DNA from: a bacterium
Lineage (GTDB): Bacteria > Zhuqueibacterota > Zhuqueibacteria > Oceanimicrobiales > Oceanimicrobiaceae
Length of the DNA stretch: 22,609 nucleotides
Assembly (NCBI GenBank): GCA_046757025.1
Contig: JBHHXN010000082.1
Span: forward strand, 1-22,609
Direction of reading: 5' to 3'
Translations under genes and position numbers: made by a program
Part shown: positions 1 through 9,073 of the stretch, piece after piece
Layout of the letters: each line of letters begins with the position of its first letter
Numbering within the stretch: the first letter of the stretch is position 1
The notes under the pieces: model-generated
Databases searched by the model: none
Seen by the model: only the letters and a program-made list of their open reading frames with translations
What the model was told of the DNA's origin: nothing

Positions 1-24
1 CTTGTCGAAGGGCTCAGGGTGAAG
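1..24. repeat. Partial REP-like palindromic repeat (CCCTTCGACA..GCTCAGG family) at the window edge
   Basis: cttgtcgaaggg (1-12) is the exact reverse complement of cccttcgacaag at 22572-22583. Both edges also carry ggctcagg. Confidence 0.55.
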
Positions 25-49
25 AAATATGGACTTTTCGGTCAATCAC

Positions 50-182
50 TAATTAGTGTCCATCCGTAATCGTCATTCCCGAATGCCGTTGTCGGGAATC
101 TCATGCCTAACGGACCAATGGATTCCCGCTTAAAAATTGCGGGAATGACAAAAAAAGACTCTTTACGGATGGACACTAATTA
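50..182. mobile_element. MITE-like element with 20-bp terminal inverted repeats enclosing a GTCATTCCCG...CGGGAATGAC REP doublet
   Basis: taattagtgtccatccgtaa (50-69) and ttacggatggacactaatta (163-182) form a perfect inverted repeat. Internal hairpins: gtcattcccg-aatgccgttgt-cgggaatc (72-100) and gattcccgc-ttaaaaatt-gcgggaatgac (121-149). No ORF. Confidence 0.7.
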
Positions 183-267
183 TTTTGTAACAGCGTATCC
201 TTCATCAAAATGAGTGTGGTAACAAATTTAAATTTATTTCTGAAACTGAGCTGAGAAGGAGCTGGCG

Positions 268-1128
268 ATGAATCATAAGAAAAAAGTATGCGGATTAATT
301 ATTTTACTCTTCATTTTTGGAATACAATCTGACTCATTCAATTCGAATAACGCCACCGGCGGCACGGTCACTTTTCAAGTGCAGACCGTGAGCTACGGCG
401 GTAAGTACGCAGATAAAAACATCGGCGCCATCTGGGTGGAAAACGCACAAAACCAGTTTGTCAAAACCCTGGAAGTCTGGGCCAGAAAAAGGATGAAGCA
501 TCTGGTTAAGTGGGGTGCCGCCTCCAGTCAAAATGTGGTGGATGCGGTCACCAGCGCCACCCTGCGCAGCCACCAGCAGCATTCCGTGACCTGGAACTGC
601 ACCGACAGCAACGGCGCCGTGGTCGCCGACGGCAATTACCAGATCATCGTCGAATTTGCCGAGCACAACGCCGCCTCCAGTGGCGCCGCCCCCGGCAAAT
701 GGCTGGCAGTGACTTTTAACAAGGGCTCCAGTCCACAAAATCTAAAACCCGCTGATGAAACCTATTTCAAAAATATCGTCCTCAACTACACTCCTTCCAA
801 TGCTACTCCACCTGCTGTCGTTTCTGGTTCGGTACACGACGCGGCTTCAAATAATCCTTTGCAAAATGCCGCTGTGCAATTAAAAGCCGGTAATCAGGTG
901 TTATATGAAACAAATTCAAATGTTTCCGGGTTATATAGTTTTAGTGATGTTCAGGCAGGCAGTTATACCTTAATTTGTTCAAAAACGGGATATGACAACT
1001 GGACAGAAAATTTGACCATCAACGCTGGGGATCAAATCACCAACAAAAACATCCGTCTGTCTCCATCGACTGACAGCACCCCGCCGGCCGCGCCGGTCAA
1101 CGTCAAAGTGAACATCGCAAATCAATAA
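268..1128 (+). CDS. Secreted DUF2271-like protein fused to a carboxypeptidase-regulatory-like (beta-sandwich) domain
   Basis: RBS aaggag upstream and an N-terminal signal peptide. DUF2271-type motifs AIWVEN..FVKTL, VDAVTSAT and WNCTD..G..V.DG.Y.I.VEF. C-terminal VSGSVHD..NNPL.NA.V.L..SGLYSFSDV.AGSYTL..SKTGY domain. Confidence 0.8.
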   Translation: MNHKKKVCGLIILLFIFGIQSDSFNSNNATGGTVTFQVQTVSYGGKYADKNIGAIWVENAQNQFVKTLEVWARKRMKHLVKWGAASSQNVVDAVTSATLRSHQQHSVTWNCTDSNGAVVADGNYQIIVEFAEHNAASSGAAPGKWLAVTFNKGSSPQNLKPADETYFKNIVLNYTPSNATPPAVVSGSVHDAASNNPLQNAAVQLKAGNQVLYETNSNVSGLYSFSDVQAGSYTLICSKTGYDNWTENLTINAGDQITNKNIRLSPSTDSTPPAAPVNVKVNIANQ

Positions 1129-1158
1129 CACCGAATCAGAAAAGGAAAGAAGGGAAAC

Positions 1159-2952
1159 ATGCGGAGACATTTTTTTACGATTCTTTTTTCGACTGTTGTA
1201 CTGGCAGCCAATTTAATGGCCCAATTCAATATGCCAGAAGTGGTAAAGCTGGAAACCTATTTGTCCGTTGACAAAGTTGCACCGGGCAGCGAATTTCGAA
1301 TTGCTTTCAACACAAAAATTGATCCGGAGTGGCACATAAATTCCAATAAACCATCAGAGGATTTTCTCATTCCCACGGAGATTAAATTCAATGACAGCGA
1401 ACAATTTGAAGTCAGCCGGATCAACTATCCTGAGGGCGAGCTCATCAAATTCGAATTTTCAGAAGAGCCGCTGTCGGTTTATGAAACCGAGATAGTCATT
1501 CAAGCTACCGTGCGTGCAAACAAAGCGCTTTCTCCAGGCGCTGCACATCTTGCCGGCATGTTAACGTACCAGGCCTGCAACGACGTTTCCTGCCTGGCGC
1601 CCACAAAAATTCCATTCGACATTGCTGTGAATGTGGTCAGTGCTGGCGCGGCAGTGAATCAAATCAATCAACCGAAATTCGGGACGGTGGCAACGGAATT
1701 AGGCGCGCTGCAGGGAGAAAGGAGCTTGCCTGAAAACAAAATCACCCAGCTCATGGCCGGCAGCGGTTTGATGATCACGCTGGCTTTTATTTTCATCGGC
1801 GGCTTAGCGCTGAATTTGACCCCCTGTGTTTACCCCATCATTCCCATCACCATCAGTTATTTTGTCAGCCAGGCCTCCGGCAAACTGGTGAAGTCGTTTT
1901 TTCTGGCTTTGATCTACGTGCTGGGTTTGTCCCTGACCTATTCGATTTTGGGCGTGGTGGCGGCCATGACCGGCGGGCTGCTGGGCTCGTCACTACAAAA
2001 TCCACTGGTGCTGGTGTTCATTGCTGCAATATTTCTGGTGTTTGCAGCCAGCATGTTCGGGGCATTCGAAATCCGCGTGCCTGCGGCCTTGTCAAATTTG
2101 GCCGGCGGTTCCCGCAAGGGCGTCTTCGGCACTTTTTTCATGGGTTTAACCGTGGGCATCGTGGCGGCGCCTTGCATCGGGCCGTTTGTCATCAGCCTTT
2201 TAACTTACGTCGCGGTTCAAGGCGATCCCATGCTGGGCTTCACCATGTTTTTCGTTTTGTCCATGGGACTGGGTTTGCCTTATCTGATTCTGGGAACGTT
2301 TTCCGGTTTGATCAAAACCTTGCCGCGCTCTGGCGACTGGATGGTCTGGGTGAAAAAAGTGTTTGGCGTCATCATGATCGGCGTGGCCATCTACTTCGTC
2401 AGCAGCCTGATTTCTGAAGTGCTCTACATCGGTCTCATCACCGCATTGGCTGTAGCGGGCGGCATCTTCGTCGGATTTGTGGATAAATCCGCTGCGCAGA
2501 TCAACTGGTTCAGGGGATTGAAATCCACCATCGGTATTGTGATGATCTTGTTTGGCGTATGGACTTCCGTTTCCGCATGGCAGGAAACCCGCTCCGAACA
2601 CATCGACTGGCAGCCCTACGACGACGCGTTGATTGCGGAAGCCAAAAGTGCCGGCAAACCGGTTTTGATCGACTTTTATGCGGACTGGTGCATCCCATGC
2701 AAACAGATCGACAAGACATTGTTTTCCGCTCCAGCCGTGGTGGCGAAGTCCGCAGAGTTCGTGGCACTAAAAGCCGACCTCACGAAAGACACCTCGGAGC
2801 ATGTTCAAAGCATCCGAAAAAAATACCAGGTACTGGGGGTACCGACGGTCATTCTTATCGACAGCAGAGGGAATGAATACAAACGTTTCACAGACGAGCT
2901 GGTGGGTTTCAAAGTGGAAGAGTTTTTGGAGGAGATGCAGGGGGCGATGTAA
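1159..2952 (+). CDS. dsbD: Thiol:disulfide interchange protein DsbD (alpha, transmembrane beta and thioredoxin gamma domains)
   Basis: Signal peptide; N-domain YQACNDVSC; transmembrane catalytic cysteines in LTPCVYP and AAPCIGP; thioredoxin DFYADWCIPC and GVPT. Confidence 0.93.
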   Translation: MRRHFFTILFSTVVLAANLMAQFNMPEVVKLETYLSVDKVAPGSEFRIAFNTKIDPEWHINSNKPSEDFLIPTEIKFNDSEQFEVSRINYPEGELIKFEFSEEPLSVYETEIVIQATVRANKALSPGAAHLAGMLTYQACNDVSCLAPTKIPFDIAVNVVSAGAAVNQINQPKFGTVATELGALQGERSLPENKITQLMAGSGLMITLAFIFIGGLALNLTPCVYPIIPITISYFVSQASGKLVKSFFLALIYVLGLSLTYSILGVVAAMTGGLLGSSLQNPLVLVFIAAIFLVFAASMFGAFEIRVPAALSNLAGGSRKGVFGTFFMGLTVGIVAAPCIGPFVISLLTYVAVQGDPMLGFTMFFVLSMGLGLPYLILGTFSGLIKTLPRSGDWMVWVKKVFGVIMIGVAIYFVSSLISEVLYIGLITALAVAGGIFVGFVDKSAAQINWFRGLKSTIGIVMILFGVWTSVSAWQETRSEHIDWQPYDDALIAEAKSAGKPVLIDFYADWCIPCKQIDKTLFSAPAVVAKSAEFVALKADLTKDTSEHVQSIRKKYQVLGVPTVILIDSRGNEYKRFTDELVGFKVEEFLEEMQGAM

Positions 2953-3151
2953 ATCAATGTGAGCAAATCGATAAATGAAAAATTACTACGACTATTATTG
3001 TTAACTTTTTTCAGGAGGTCACACAGCCACTGTCATTTTGCACTTTATCATTTAAATTTGGATATTTCCCGACTCATGCTATCTATTCTACTCCTGGCCG
3101 ATGCTGACACGATTTAATTGAACAAGTCTCTCACCATTTGCTTCTTCAAAC

Positions 3152-4438
3152 TCAACCTCCTTCTCCTTCCTTCTCCACCAGCTTCTGCAATTTCTTACTC
3201 GCCTTCTCGGCGATTTTTTCATTGGGGTATTTATCCACCACCAGGCGATAATACATGATGGCGCGATCGTAGTTTTTCAGCTTCTTTTCATTGATTTCCG
3301 CGGCGGCGTAAAGCGACTCGGGAGCAATCTTGCTGGCCGGATACAGACCATAAACTTTGAAATAAACGCTGGAAGCATTGAATGGATCTTTCAGCTTGTC
3401 CTCGTAAATGCGCGCGGCCTCGGTCAGAGCGTAAGGCGCTTTGTCGTCTTCCTTAAAATCCCGCACCACCTCGTTGTAAACTCGGATGGCTTGCTCGTAT
3501 TCCTTGAACTTATCTTCGTAAAGCCGGGCCGCCTCAAACAGGGCTGGTACGGCCTGCACGCTTTTGGGATATTTTTTGGCAATGGCAGTGTAAACGTTGA
3601 TGGCTTCGATGTACTTTTTCTTTTTTTGTTCGATGAGCCTGGCCATGCGAAACTGCGCCTCGGCTGCTTGCGGATCGTCCGGAAACTCCAGTAAAAATTC
3701 TTCCAGAGTCAGGATGGCATTCTGGTGCATCTTTAATCTGTCGGTAAAAATTTCCGCGATCTTCAATTTACTGGCAATGACGTAAAGACTGCTCTTGTAG
3801 AGATAAGTCAGCTTTAAATACTCCGACAGCGCCAGATGATGCTGTTCATTTTGCAGCAGCAGATCCGCTTTCCAGAACAGCACCTCCTCACTTTTGTCCG
3901 AGGCGGGAAACTGGCTCAGAAATCGATCGCAGGCGGTGACCAACAAACTGGCCGCCGGTTGAAAATGATAATTGTACATATCCCGGATGAACGCATAAAA
4001 AAGGCCTTCTTTGTTGGTTTCAGTCAAAGTGGGATTGATCAACGGTTCAACGCTTTCTTTCAAATCCTTGAACTTTTTGTCCTGCATGAGCAGCGAGCGC
4101 AGCCGGTCCTTTGCGGTGGCGACATGCGCGGAATTGGCGTAGAGGTAGATGATTTCCAGATGCGTAAAAAACGACTCGACTTTTTTGTCGGTGTCGTGAT
4201 AAATCGTCGCCAGTTTGAAATGCATTTCATCGAGATTGGCGGCTTCGGGGAAACGCTGCAGGTACTGGGTCAGCTCGTGGATGCGAACCTTGGTGAATTC
4301 CTTTTTCTTGAAACCTTCGAGCGCCTGGATGTAATCGGAATACTCCGTTTCCTTCTGTCCAAACAGGGGACTTGATGCCAAATGCAGAGTCAATAAAAAT
4401 TGCAGAAAAACAAATTGTCTAAAATGATTTTTTAACAT
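3152..4438 (-). CDS. Exported tetratricopeptide-repeat protein (BamD/CpoB-like TPR units)
   Basis: Tandem ~38-aa units (A.xALF.AA.LYE.K.K.Y..AI..Y..VV..YP). Start moved to ATG 4438 (MLKNHF...), which has a GAGGT RBS and a signal peptide. The ORF-track start at 4525 lacks an RBS. Confidence 0.85.
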   Translation of the reverse strand: MLKNHFRQFVFLQFLLTLHLASSPLFGQKETEYSDYIQALEGFKKKEFTKVRIHELTQYLQRFPEAANLDEMHFKLATIYHDTDKKVESFFTHLEIIYLYANSAHVATAKDRLRSLLMQDKKFKDLKESVEPLINPTLTETNKEGLFYAFIRDMYNYHFQPAASLLVTACDRFLSQFPASDKSEEVLFWKADLLLQNEQHHLALSEYLKLTYLYKSSLYVIASKLKIAEIFTDRLKMHQNAILTLEEFLLEFPDDPQAAEAQFRMARLIEQKKKKYIEAINVYTAIAKKYPKSVQAVPALFEAARLYEDKFKEYEQAIRVYNEVVRDFKEDDKAPYALTEAARIYEDKLKDPFNASSVYFKVYGLYPASKIAPESLYAAAEINEKKLKNYDRAIMYYRLVVDKYPNEKIAEKASKKLQKLVEKEGEGG

Positions 4439-4678
4439 TTTGAACCTCGTTTTATTTGGGGTTTGCAATTTGTTCATGGGCAAATGATAGCTATTTTTTG
4501 TAAAATTAGCAAGCGCTTTATACATTCACTTATGACAATAAATGACCAGTTGGGAATTTCTCTCTGCTCAGGGTACAGGCACCTCGCTTCTCGAAGTGCA
4601 ACGTCTTTATCCAGTTCAAACGCTCTGCACTGCAACCAAACGGCACGCTCCGTGTCCGGGAGTTGTCACACCCCTGGC

Positions 4679-4854
4679 AAGCTTAAGAGACTGTGTGAAA
4701 AAGTGATATCGCAGCTAAAAACCCAATGTACCATTATTGTCATCCCGCAACCGCGGGTTCTTTTAAATAAACAGCACCTTACGTCCTAACAAAAAAGATT
4801 CCTGCGGAATGACAGACGCGTAGTTTGCGTATTTTCACACAGTCTCTGAAGCTT
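4679..4854. mobile_element. MITE-like element with 16-bp terminal inverted repeats enclosing a degenerate GTCAT...ATGAC REP doublet
   Basis: agagactgtgtgaaaa (4686-4701) and ttttcacacagtctct (4832-4847) form a perfect inverted repeat. AAGCTT flanks both sides (4679-4684, 4849-4854). Interior: tgtcatcccgcaaccgcggg ... gattcctgcggaatgaca. Confidence 0.65.
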
Positions 4855-4925
4855 GATCACCGAATCCCTCCCCTTCAGATTCGCGCATATTTCGGGTTTC
4901 GTTCAGACACTTTTTACAAACTCAT

Positions 4926-6191
4926 TTAATACAGCTCCGTTATTTTACCACGCTCGCGGATAATTTGAAATTCGGACTCATCTACCAAAACTTCAGCGGG
5001 TTTGGGTCGGGCATTGTAATTGGAAGTTAGCGCATAGCCATAGGCGCCGGCGGTCATCACCGCCAGCAGATCGCCGCGCTCAACCTGAGGCAGCTCTCGG
5101 TTTTGCGCTAAAAAATCGCCGGTTTCGCAGATGGGCCCCACCACGTCCGCTTCAAAAGTCTGCGCGGACTTCGGGTGCACGGCCACGATTTCGTGGTAGG
5201 CCTGGTACAGGCTGGGACGCAGCAAATCGGTCATACCGGCGTCCACGATCACGAAGTGTTTCCCACCTGAGCATTTTCGGAAGAGCACTTTCGTCACCAA
5301 AATACCCGCTTCGGCGATGAGGGAGCGGCCGGGCTCGAAAATGATGCGAGCGTTTAGTGCTTGCAGATCACCGCGGATTTCATCCATGAGTTTCTCGATG
5401 GTCAGTTGTTCGCCCGCGACCCTTGCGGCCTCGTTCGTGGCACTTGCTAGAGCATTTTGATATGGCACACCCACTCCGCCGCCCATGTCCACGCAGGAGA
5501 GCTCGAGATCCATTTCACGCAGTTCTTTCACAAACGAACTTAAAAATTTCACAATTTGAATATACGGTTCCACTCGCGTGATCTGCGAGCCGATGTGGCA
5601 GTGCAAGCCCACCAATTTAATATTAGCATATTTTTTTATCTCTTGAAACACTCTGTTTGCTGTGGGCATATCGATACCGAATTTGTTGACGGCCTTGCCC
5701 GTAGAAATGTACGGGTGGCCTTCGATATCGATATCTGGATTCAGACGCAGGGCCACCGGCGCGGTCTTTCCCAGGTCCCTGGCCAGCAGGTCAACGACTC
5801 GCAATTCCTCCTCCGACTCGACATTTAACGCTAAAACGTCATATTCCAATGCCTGACGGATTTCTTCGTCGCGCTTGCCAACGCCGGCGAAAACGATTTT
5901 ATCCGCTGGAAACCCGGCTTGCAACGCCAATTGCAATTCCCCGCCAGACACCACGTCTGCGCCCGCGCCCTGCTGCGCCAACATCCTCAGCAGCATGCCA
6001 TTGGAATTGGCTTTCAAAGCGTAACAGATCAGGTGCTCGACGCCCTGAAACGCCCGCTCATTTCGGCGGTAATTCTCCAGCAGCGTCTTTTTACTATACA
6101 GATAAAATGGCGTGTCGATTTGTTCGGCGATGCTTTCCACAGGCAGATTTTCACAGTGTAAGACCTCGTTTCTGAATTGAAAATAATGCAT
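4926..6191 (-). CDS. lysA: Diaminopimelate decarboxylase
   Basis: Motifs YALKAN (PLP lysine), HPYISTG..NKFG, HCHIGSQ, DMGGG, EPGR, GPICETGD and GAYG..SNYN; 421 aa. Confidence 0.96.
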   Translation of the reverse strand: MHYFQFRNEVLHCENLPVESIAEQIDTPFYLYSKKTLLENYRRNERAFQGVEHLICYALKANSNGMLLRMLAQQGAGADVVSGGELQLALQAGFPADKIVFAGVGKRDEEIRQALEYDVLALNVESEEELRVVDLLARDLGKTAPVALRLNPDIDIEGHPYISTGKAVNKFGIDMPTANRVFQEIKKYANIKLVGLHCHIGSQITRVEPYIQIVKFLSSFVKELREMDLELSCVDMGGGVGVPYQNALASATNEAARVAGEQLTIEKLMDEIRGDLQALNARIIFEPGRSLIAEAGILVTKVLFRKCSGGKHFVIVDAGMTDLLRPSLYQAYHEIVAVHPKSAQTFEADVVGPICETGDFLAQNRELPQVERGDLLAVMTAGAYGYALTSNYNARPKPAEVLVDESEFQIIRERGKITELY

Positions 6192-6206
6192 GTTCGCGGA
6201 CTCTCT

Positions 6207-7973
6207 CTATTTGGGGATTAAAATGTCGTTGCCGTCATTGGGCCATCTCGAACGGACTTGGATGATTTCTGAATACACGAAAAACCGCTCAGCAGGGTGA
6301 AACGGAAACGCCCGGCCATAACCGTATTTGCCGTCGCCATCGCGGTCTCGGAAGCCCTCGATTACGTAGCTGCCCGGCAAAATATCTTTGAAGAGATAAA
6401 CGCCTGCGGTATCCAATTTGACTTGGTAAATGGCGCCGTCGCGGACGTCCTGTTTGGCTGTCAACAGGATGGCGCCGGTCGCGGCAGAGTCTTCATCAGT
6501 AACCTGCCCGGAGATGGAAGCCAGGGTATCCTGATTCAAAGTGGTAAAAGAAAAAACAAAAGTGCTGTCGCCGGCAGCGTTGCCAAACAGATCCCGCAGC
6601 GCCTGCTGCTGAATTTCAATCAGATAAGGCATCAAACTCTTCAAAGGGCTCTCGGGCACAAAATGTACCTGCGCGGGATTCACCCAGTTGAAATTTCCCA
6701 CCACTTCCGCGCCAGCAGAGTCCCGCATGAAAAAACCATTCACAACGGAATTTTGCTGCATAGCTTCGTTAAAGTGCAGCTCCACCACGGCTGTCAATGC
6801 CACAGCACGGGCGCTGTCCGCGGGCAGTGTAGCGACGATTTTAGGGCGAACGGAGTCCGGCACCACGCTGCCGATGAATTCCGCCCGATTGAATTTCACG
6901 TCCACCAGATTGCCAGCGATGTCACGGATGTTTGCAACCGTGATTTCGTACTCGGCTTTGGGCTGCTGCGGCGTCGTGACCAGCGCGATTTCCACCGGGT
7001 CGCGGCGGTTCAAATAAGCCATTCGGATGCGCAACGAATCTTTTGTACGGGCATTTTTTGTTTGAATTAGGTAGTTGGAAAGCGAAGCAATCGTGTCCTC
7101 AAACAGCTCCTCATCAAATCGTAAATTGAGGTGCTGGCGATCTGCTGCGGAAACTGAAACCAGCGCCGGCCCCACCGTATCTTGAACCGTTATTCTGAAA
7201 TTCAAATTGCCATCTTGCATTTTGTCACGGGTCAGTAGCGCATCCCGGCTGGTCACACCGATGCCGTCTTCTCCCACCTCAAAAAAACGGTTATTGTTTT
7301 GGTCCCAGATGGCAAACAGTCGGTATCGACCTTCAGAAAGATGTTTGAGCTCATATTTGCCGTCGTCTGCCGCTTGCGTGATGTAATCGCCGGCTCGTTC
7401 CACAGGATTGATTTCCTCTTCATTTTCCAAAATATAAGCCCAGATCAAAATCCCCCGGGCTTTCTCTTCGGTAACCACCTGACCGCTGATTTTACCGTCG
7501 CTGACTTCGGCGCCGGTGGAAAACGCCAGGGTGAACGATTGACTGAGGGCGTTGCCGTGTGCATCTTTCAAATCCGTTCCCAGGGTGATAACATAGGTGC
7601 GGTTGTTTTTGAGCGAATCCGCAAACTGGATGCGCAGCCTGCGGCCTTTCCATTTCACTTTCATCCGCTCGCCAGGATCCGGCGTAATGAATAGCGCTTT
7701 TTCCAGACTTTTGCGGTTCATGGATTCGTTGAATTCGATCTCGATCTCCCGATCCAACGGCACAAAAGTCGAGTTGTTTTCCGGAATGGCTTTCAGGATG
7801 CGAGGCGGAGTTTTGTCCGGCGGCCCCCCGGACGGCGAAATTTGTCGCGCGCAATTTATGAGCAACAACAGATTGATGGCCCCAAACCCGACCAGGACCA
7901 AAAACATGAATTGAAATGTTTTGAAAAAGGCGAAGGAATCTTTTTTTATAAATGCGAATTGAATATTGAACAT
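6207..7973 (-). CDS. Ig-like (Big_5-type) domain lipoprotein
   Basis: Hydrophobic signal ending LLINC, followed by CARQISPSGGPPDKTPP, a pattern typical of FCB-group Ig-like lipoproteins. Repeated Big_5-like units (P....VP..EIEFNE.M; D..GN). The start may be downstream at MFLVLV. Confidence 0.8.
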   Translation of the reverse strand: MFNIQFAFIKKDSFAFFKTFQFMFLVLVGFGAINLLLLINCARQISPSGGPPDKTPPRILKAIPENNSTFVPLDREIEIEFNESMNRKSLEKALFITPDPGERMKVKWKGRRLRIQFADSLKNNRTYVITLGTDLKDAHGNALSQSFTLAFSTGAEVSDGKISGQVVTEEKARGILIWAYILENEEEINPVERAGDYITQAADDGKYELKHLSEGRYRLFAIWDQNNNRFFEVGEDGIGVTSRDALLTRDKMQDGNLNFRITVQDTVGPALVSVSAADRQHLNLRFDEELFEDTIASLSNYLIQTKNARTKDSLRIRMAYLNRRDPVEIALVTTPQQPKAEYEITVANIRDIAGNLVDVKFNRAEFIGSVVPDSVRPKIVATLPADSARAVALTAVVELHFNEAMQQNSVVNGFFMRDSAGAEVVGNFNWVNPAQVHFVPESPLKSLMPYLIEIQQQALRDLFGNAAGDSTFVFSFTTLNQDTLASISGQVTDEDSAATGAILLTAKQDVRDGAIYQVKLDTAGVYLFKDILPGSYVIEGFRDRDGDGKYGYGRAFPFHPAERFFVYSEIIQVRSRWPNDGNDILIPK

Positions 7974-8099
7974 GCGATTGAATGATTTTATTTCGGGTCA
8001 AAATAGTCAAATGGAGGGTAAAATTCAAGTGGAATTACCAGAAAGCCGATGCACCCGATCATCCAAAAATCACCGTTGAGATATTTTCCTGATTATGGC

Positions 8100-8828
8100 T
8101 CAATGGAGCAGCAAGTCCGAAAGCGTGACAAACTGAAAGCCGCGCTCCCGCAATTGCGGAACGAGGCGGTCCACCGCCCAAACCGTCTGGCTGCGGTCCA
8201 CTTGCTCGGTGTTGCCGCCATCGTGTAAAATGATGATGGAGCCGTTCACGACCCGGCTCAAAACGCGCTGCAGAATTTTGTTTTTGCCAGGAAGGTGCGG
8301 ATCTCGTGGGTACACATCCCCCACCACGGATTTGTAACCGGCTTGCTCTACCAGATTCAGAACGCGTCTGGAAAACAGCCCCATGGGCGGCCGTAGAAAT
8401 TTCGGCGCCGCGCCGTCCAGGTTTCTGAGGAGTGCATCCGTACGTCTGATTTCGGAAAGCATGTCCGCATCGCTCAAACGAAACAGGTAAGGGTGACTGA
8501 AAGTGTGGTTGCCCACTTCGTGCCCGGCTTGCACGGTCCGCTCGGCTAACTCAACATTTTTTTCGATGTGCTGACCGATGAGAAAAAACGTCGCCGGTAC
8601 CGCATGTTTACTTAAAATGTCCAACAACTGCGGGGTGTAAGTGGGCTGCGGCCCGTCGTCAAAAGTCAGAGCAATTTTCGGTTCTTTGGTGACTGCCCGC
8701 CAGAAGACTCGTTCTGTAACTGCCGGCCCCAATCGTTCCAAAGCCACAGCGTGACTCAGATCGCTCAACAATGACTGCAAGGTGACGCCGTCAAATACTT
8801 TTCTATTTTTTGGTGGATTGTCTTTCAT
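8100..8828 (-). CDS. Polysaccharide deacetylase (CE4/NodB homology domain)
   Basis: Motifs TFDDGP, ATFFLIG, GNHTFSHP, RPPMG and IIILHDGG. No clear signal peptide. Confidence 0.92.
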   Translation of the reverse strand: MKDNPPKNRKVFDGVTLQSLLSDLSHAVALERLGPAVTERVFWRAVTKEPKIALTFDDGPQPTYTPQLLDILSKHAVPATFFLIGQHIEKNVELAERTVQAGHEVGNHTFSHPYLFRLSDADMLSEIRRTDALLRNLDGAAPKFLRPPMGLFSRRVLNLVEQAGYKSVVGDVYPRDPHLPGKNKILQRVLSRVVNGSIIILHDGGNTEQVDRSQTVWAVDRLVPQLRERGFQFVTLSDLLLH

Positions 8829-8906
8829 ATTTTGCTATCCTGAAATGAGTTATTCAAAATTAGAGTAAAATTAGTCAATAACACGCTAAAAGGACAATGT
8901 GAAAAT

Positions 8907-8929
8907 GTAACGCAAGCATCTTGCTTGCG
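8907..8929. repeat. REP-like palindrome with a GTAA/GTAG-type foot
   Basis: gtaa followed by the perfect 8-bp stem cgcaagca-tct-tgcttgcg. A degenerate partner (acgagccagaggcttgttttaac) lies near 8982-9005. Confidence 0.45.
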
Positions 8930-9073
8930 AGAGTGGATTGCAAAGAAAACAAGAATTTAGATTAAATTATAGACCTGATTTAACGAGCCAGAGGCTTGTT
9001 TTAACATGTTTTCCACAAGCACTAAAGCGTGAACACCGTTGGTGAAATCTCGCTCGATTTTCTGTAAATTAAA

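Noticed and set aside
4463..4789. 108-aa plus-strand ORF
   Set aside because: It runs through the MITE-like element and the TPR gene upstream region, and has no transposase motifs or RBS.
6297..7070. 257-aa antisense ORF, and other ORF-track entries nested in the main genes
   Set aside because: Shadow frames of well-supported genes, with no motifs.
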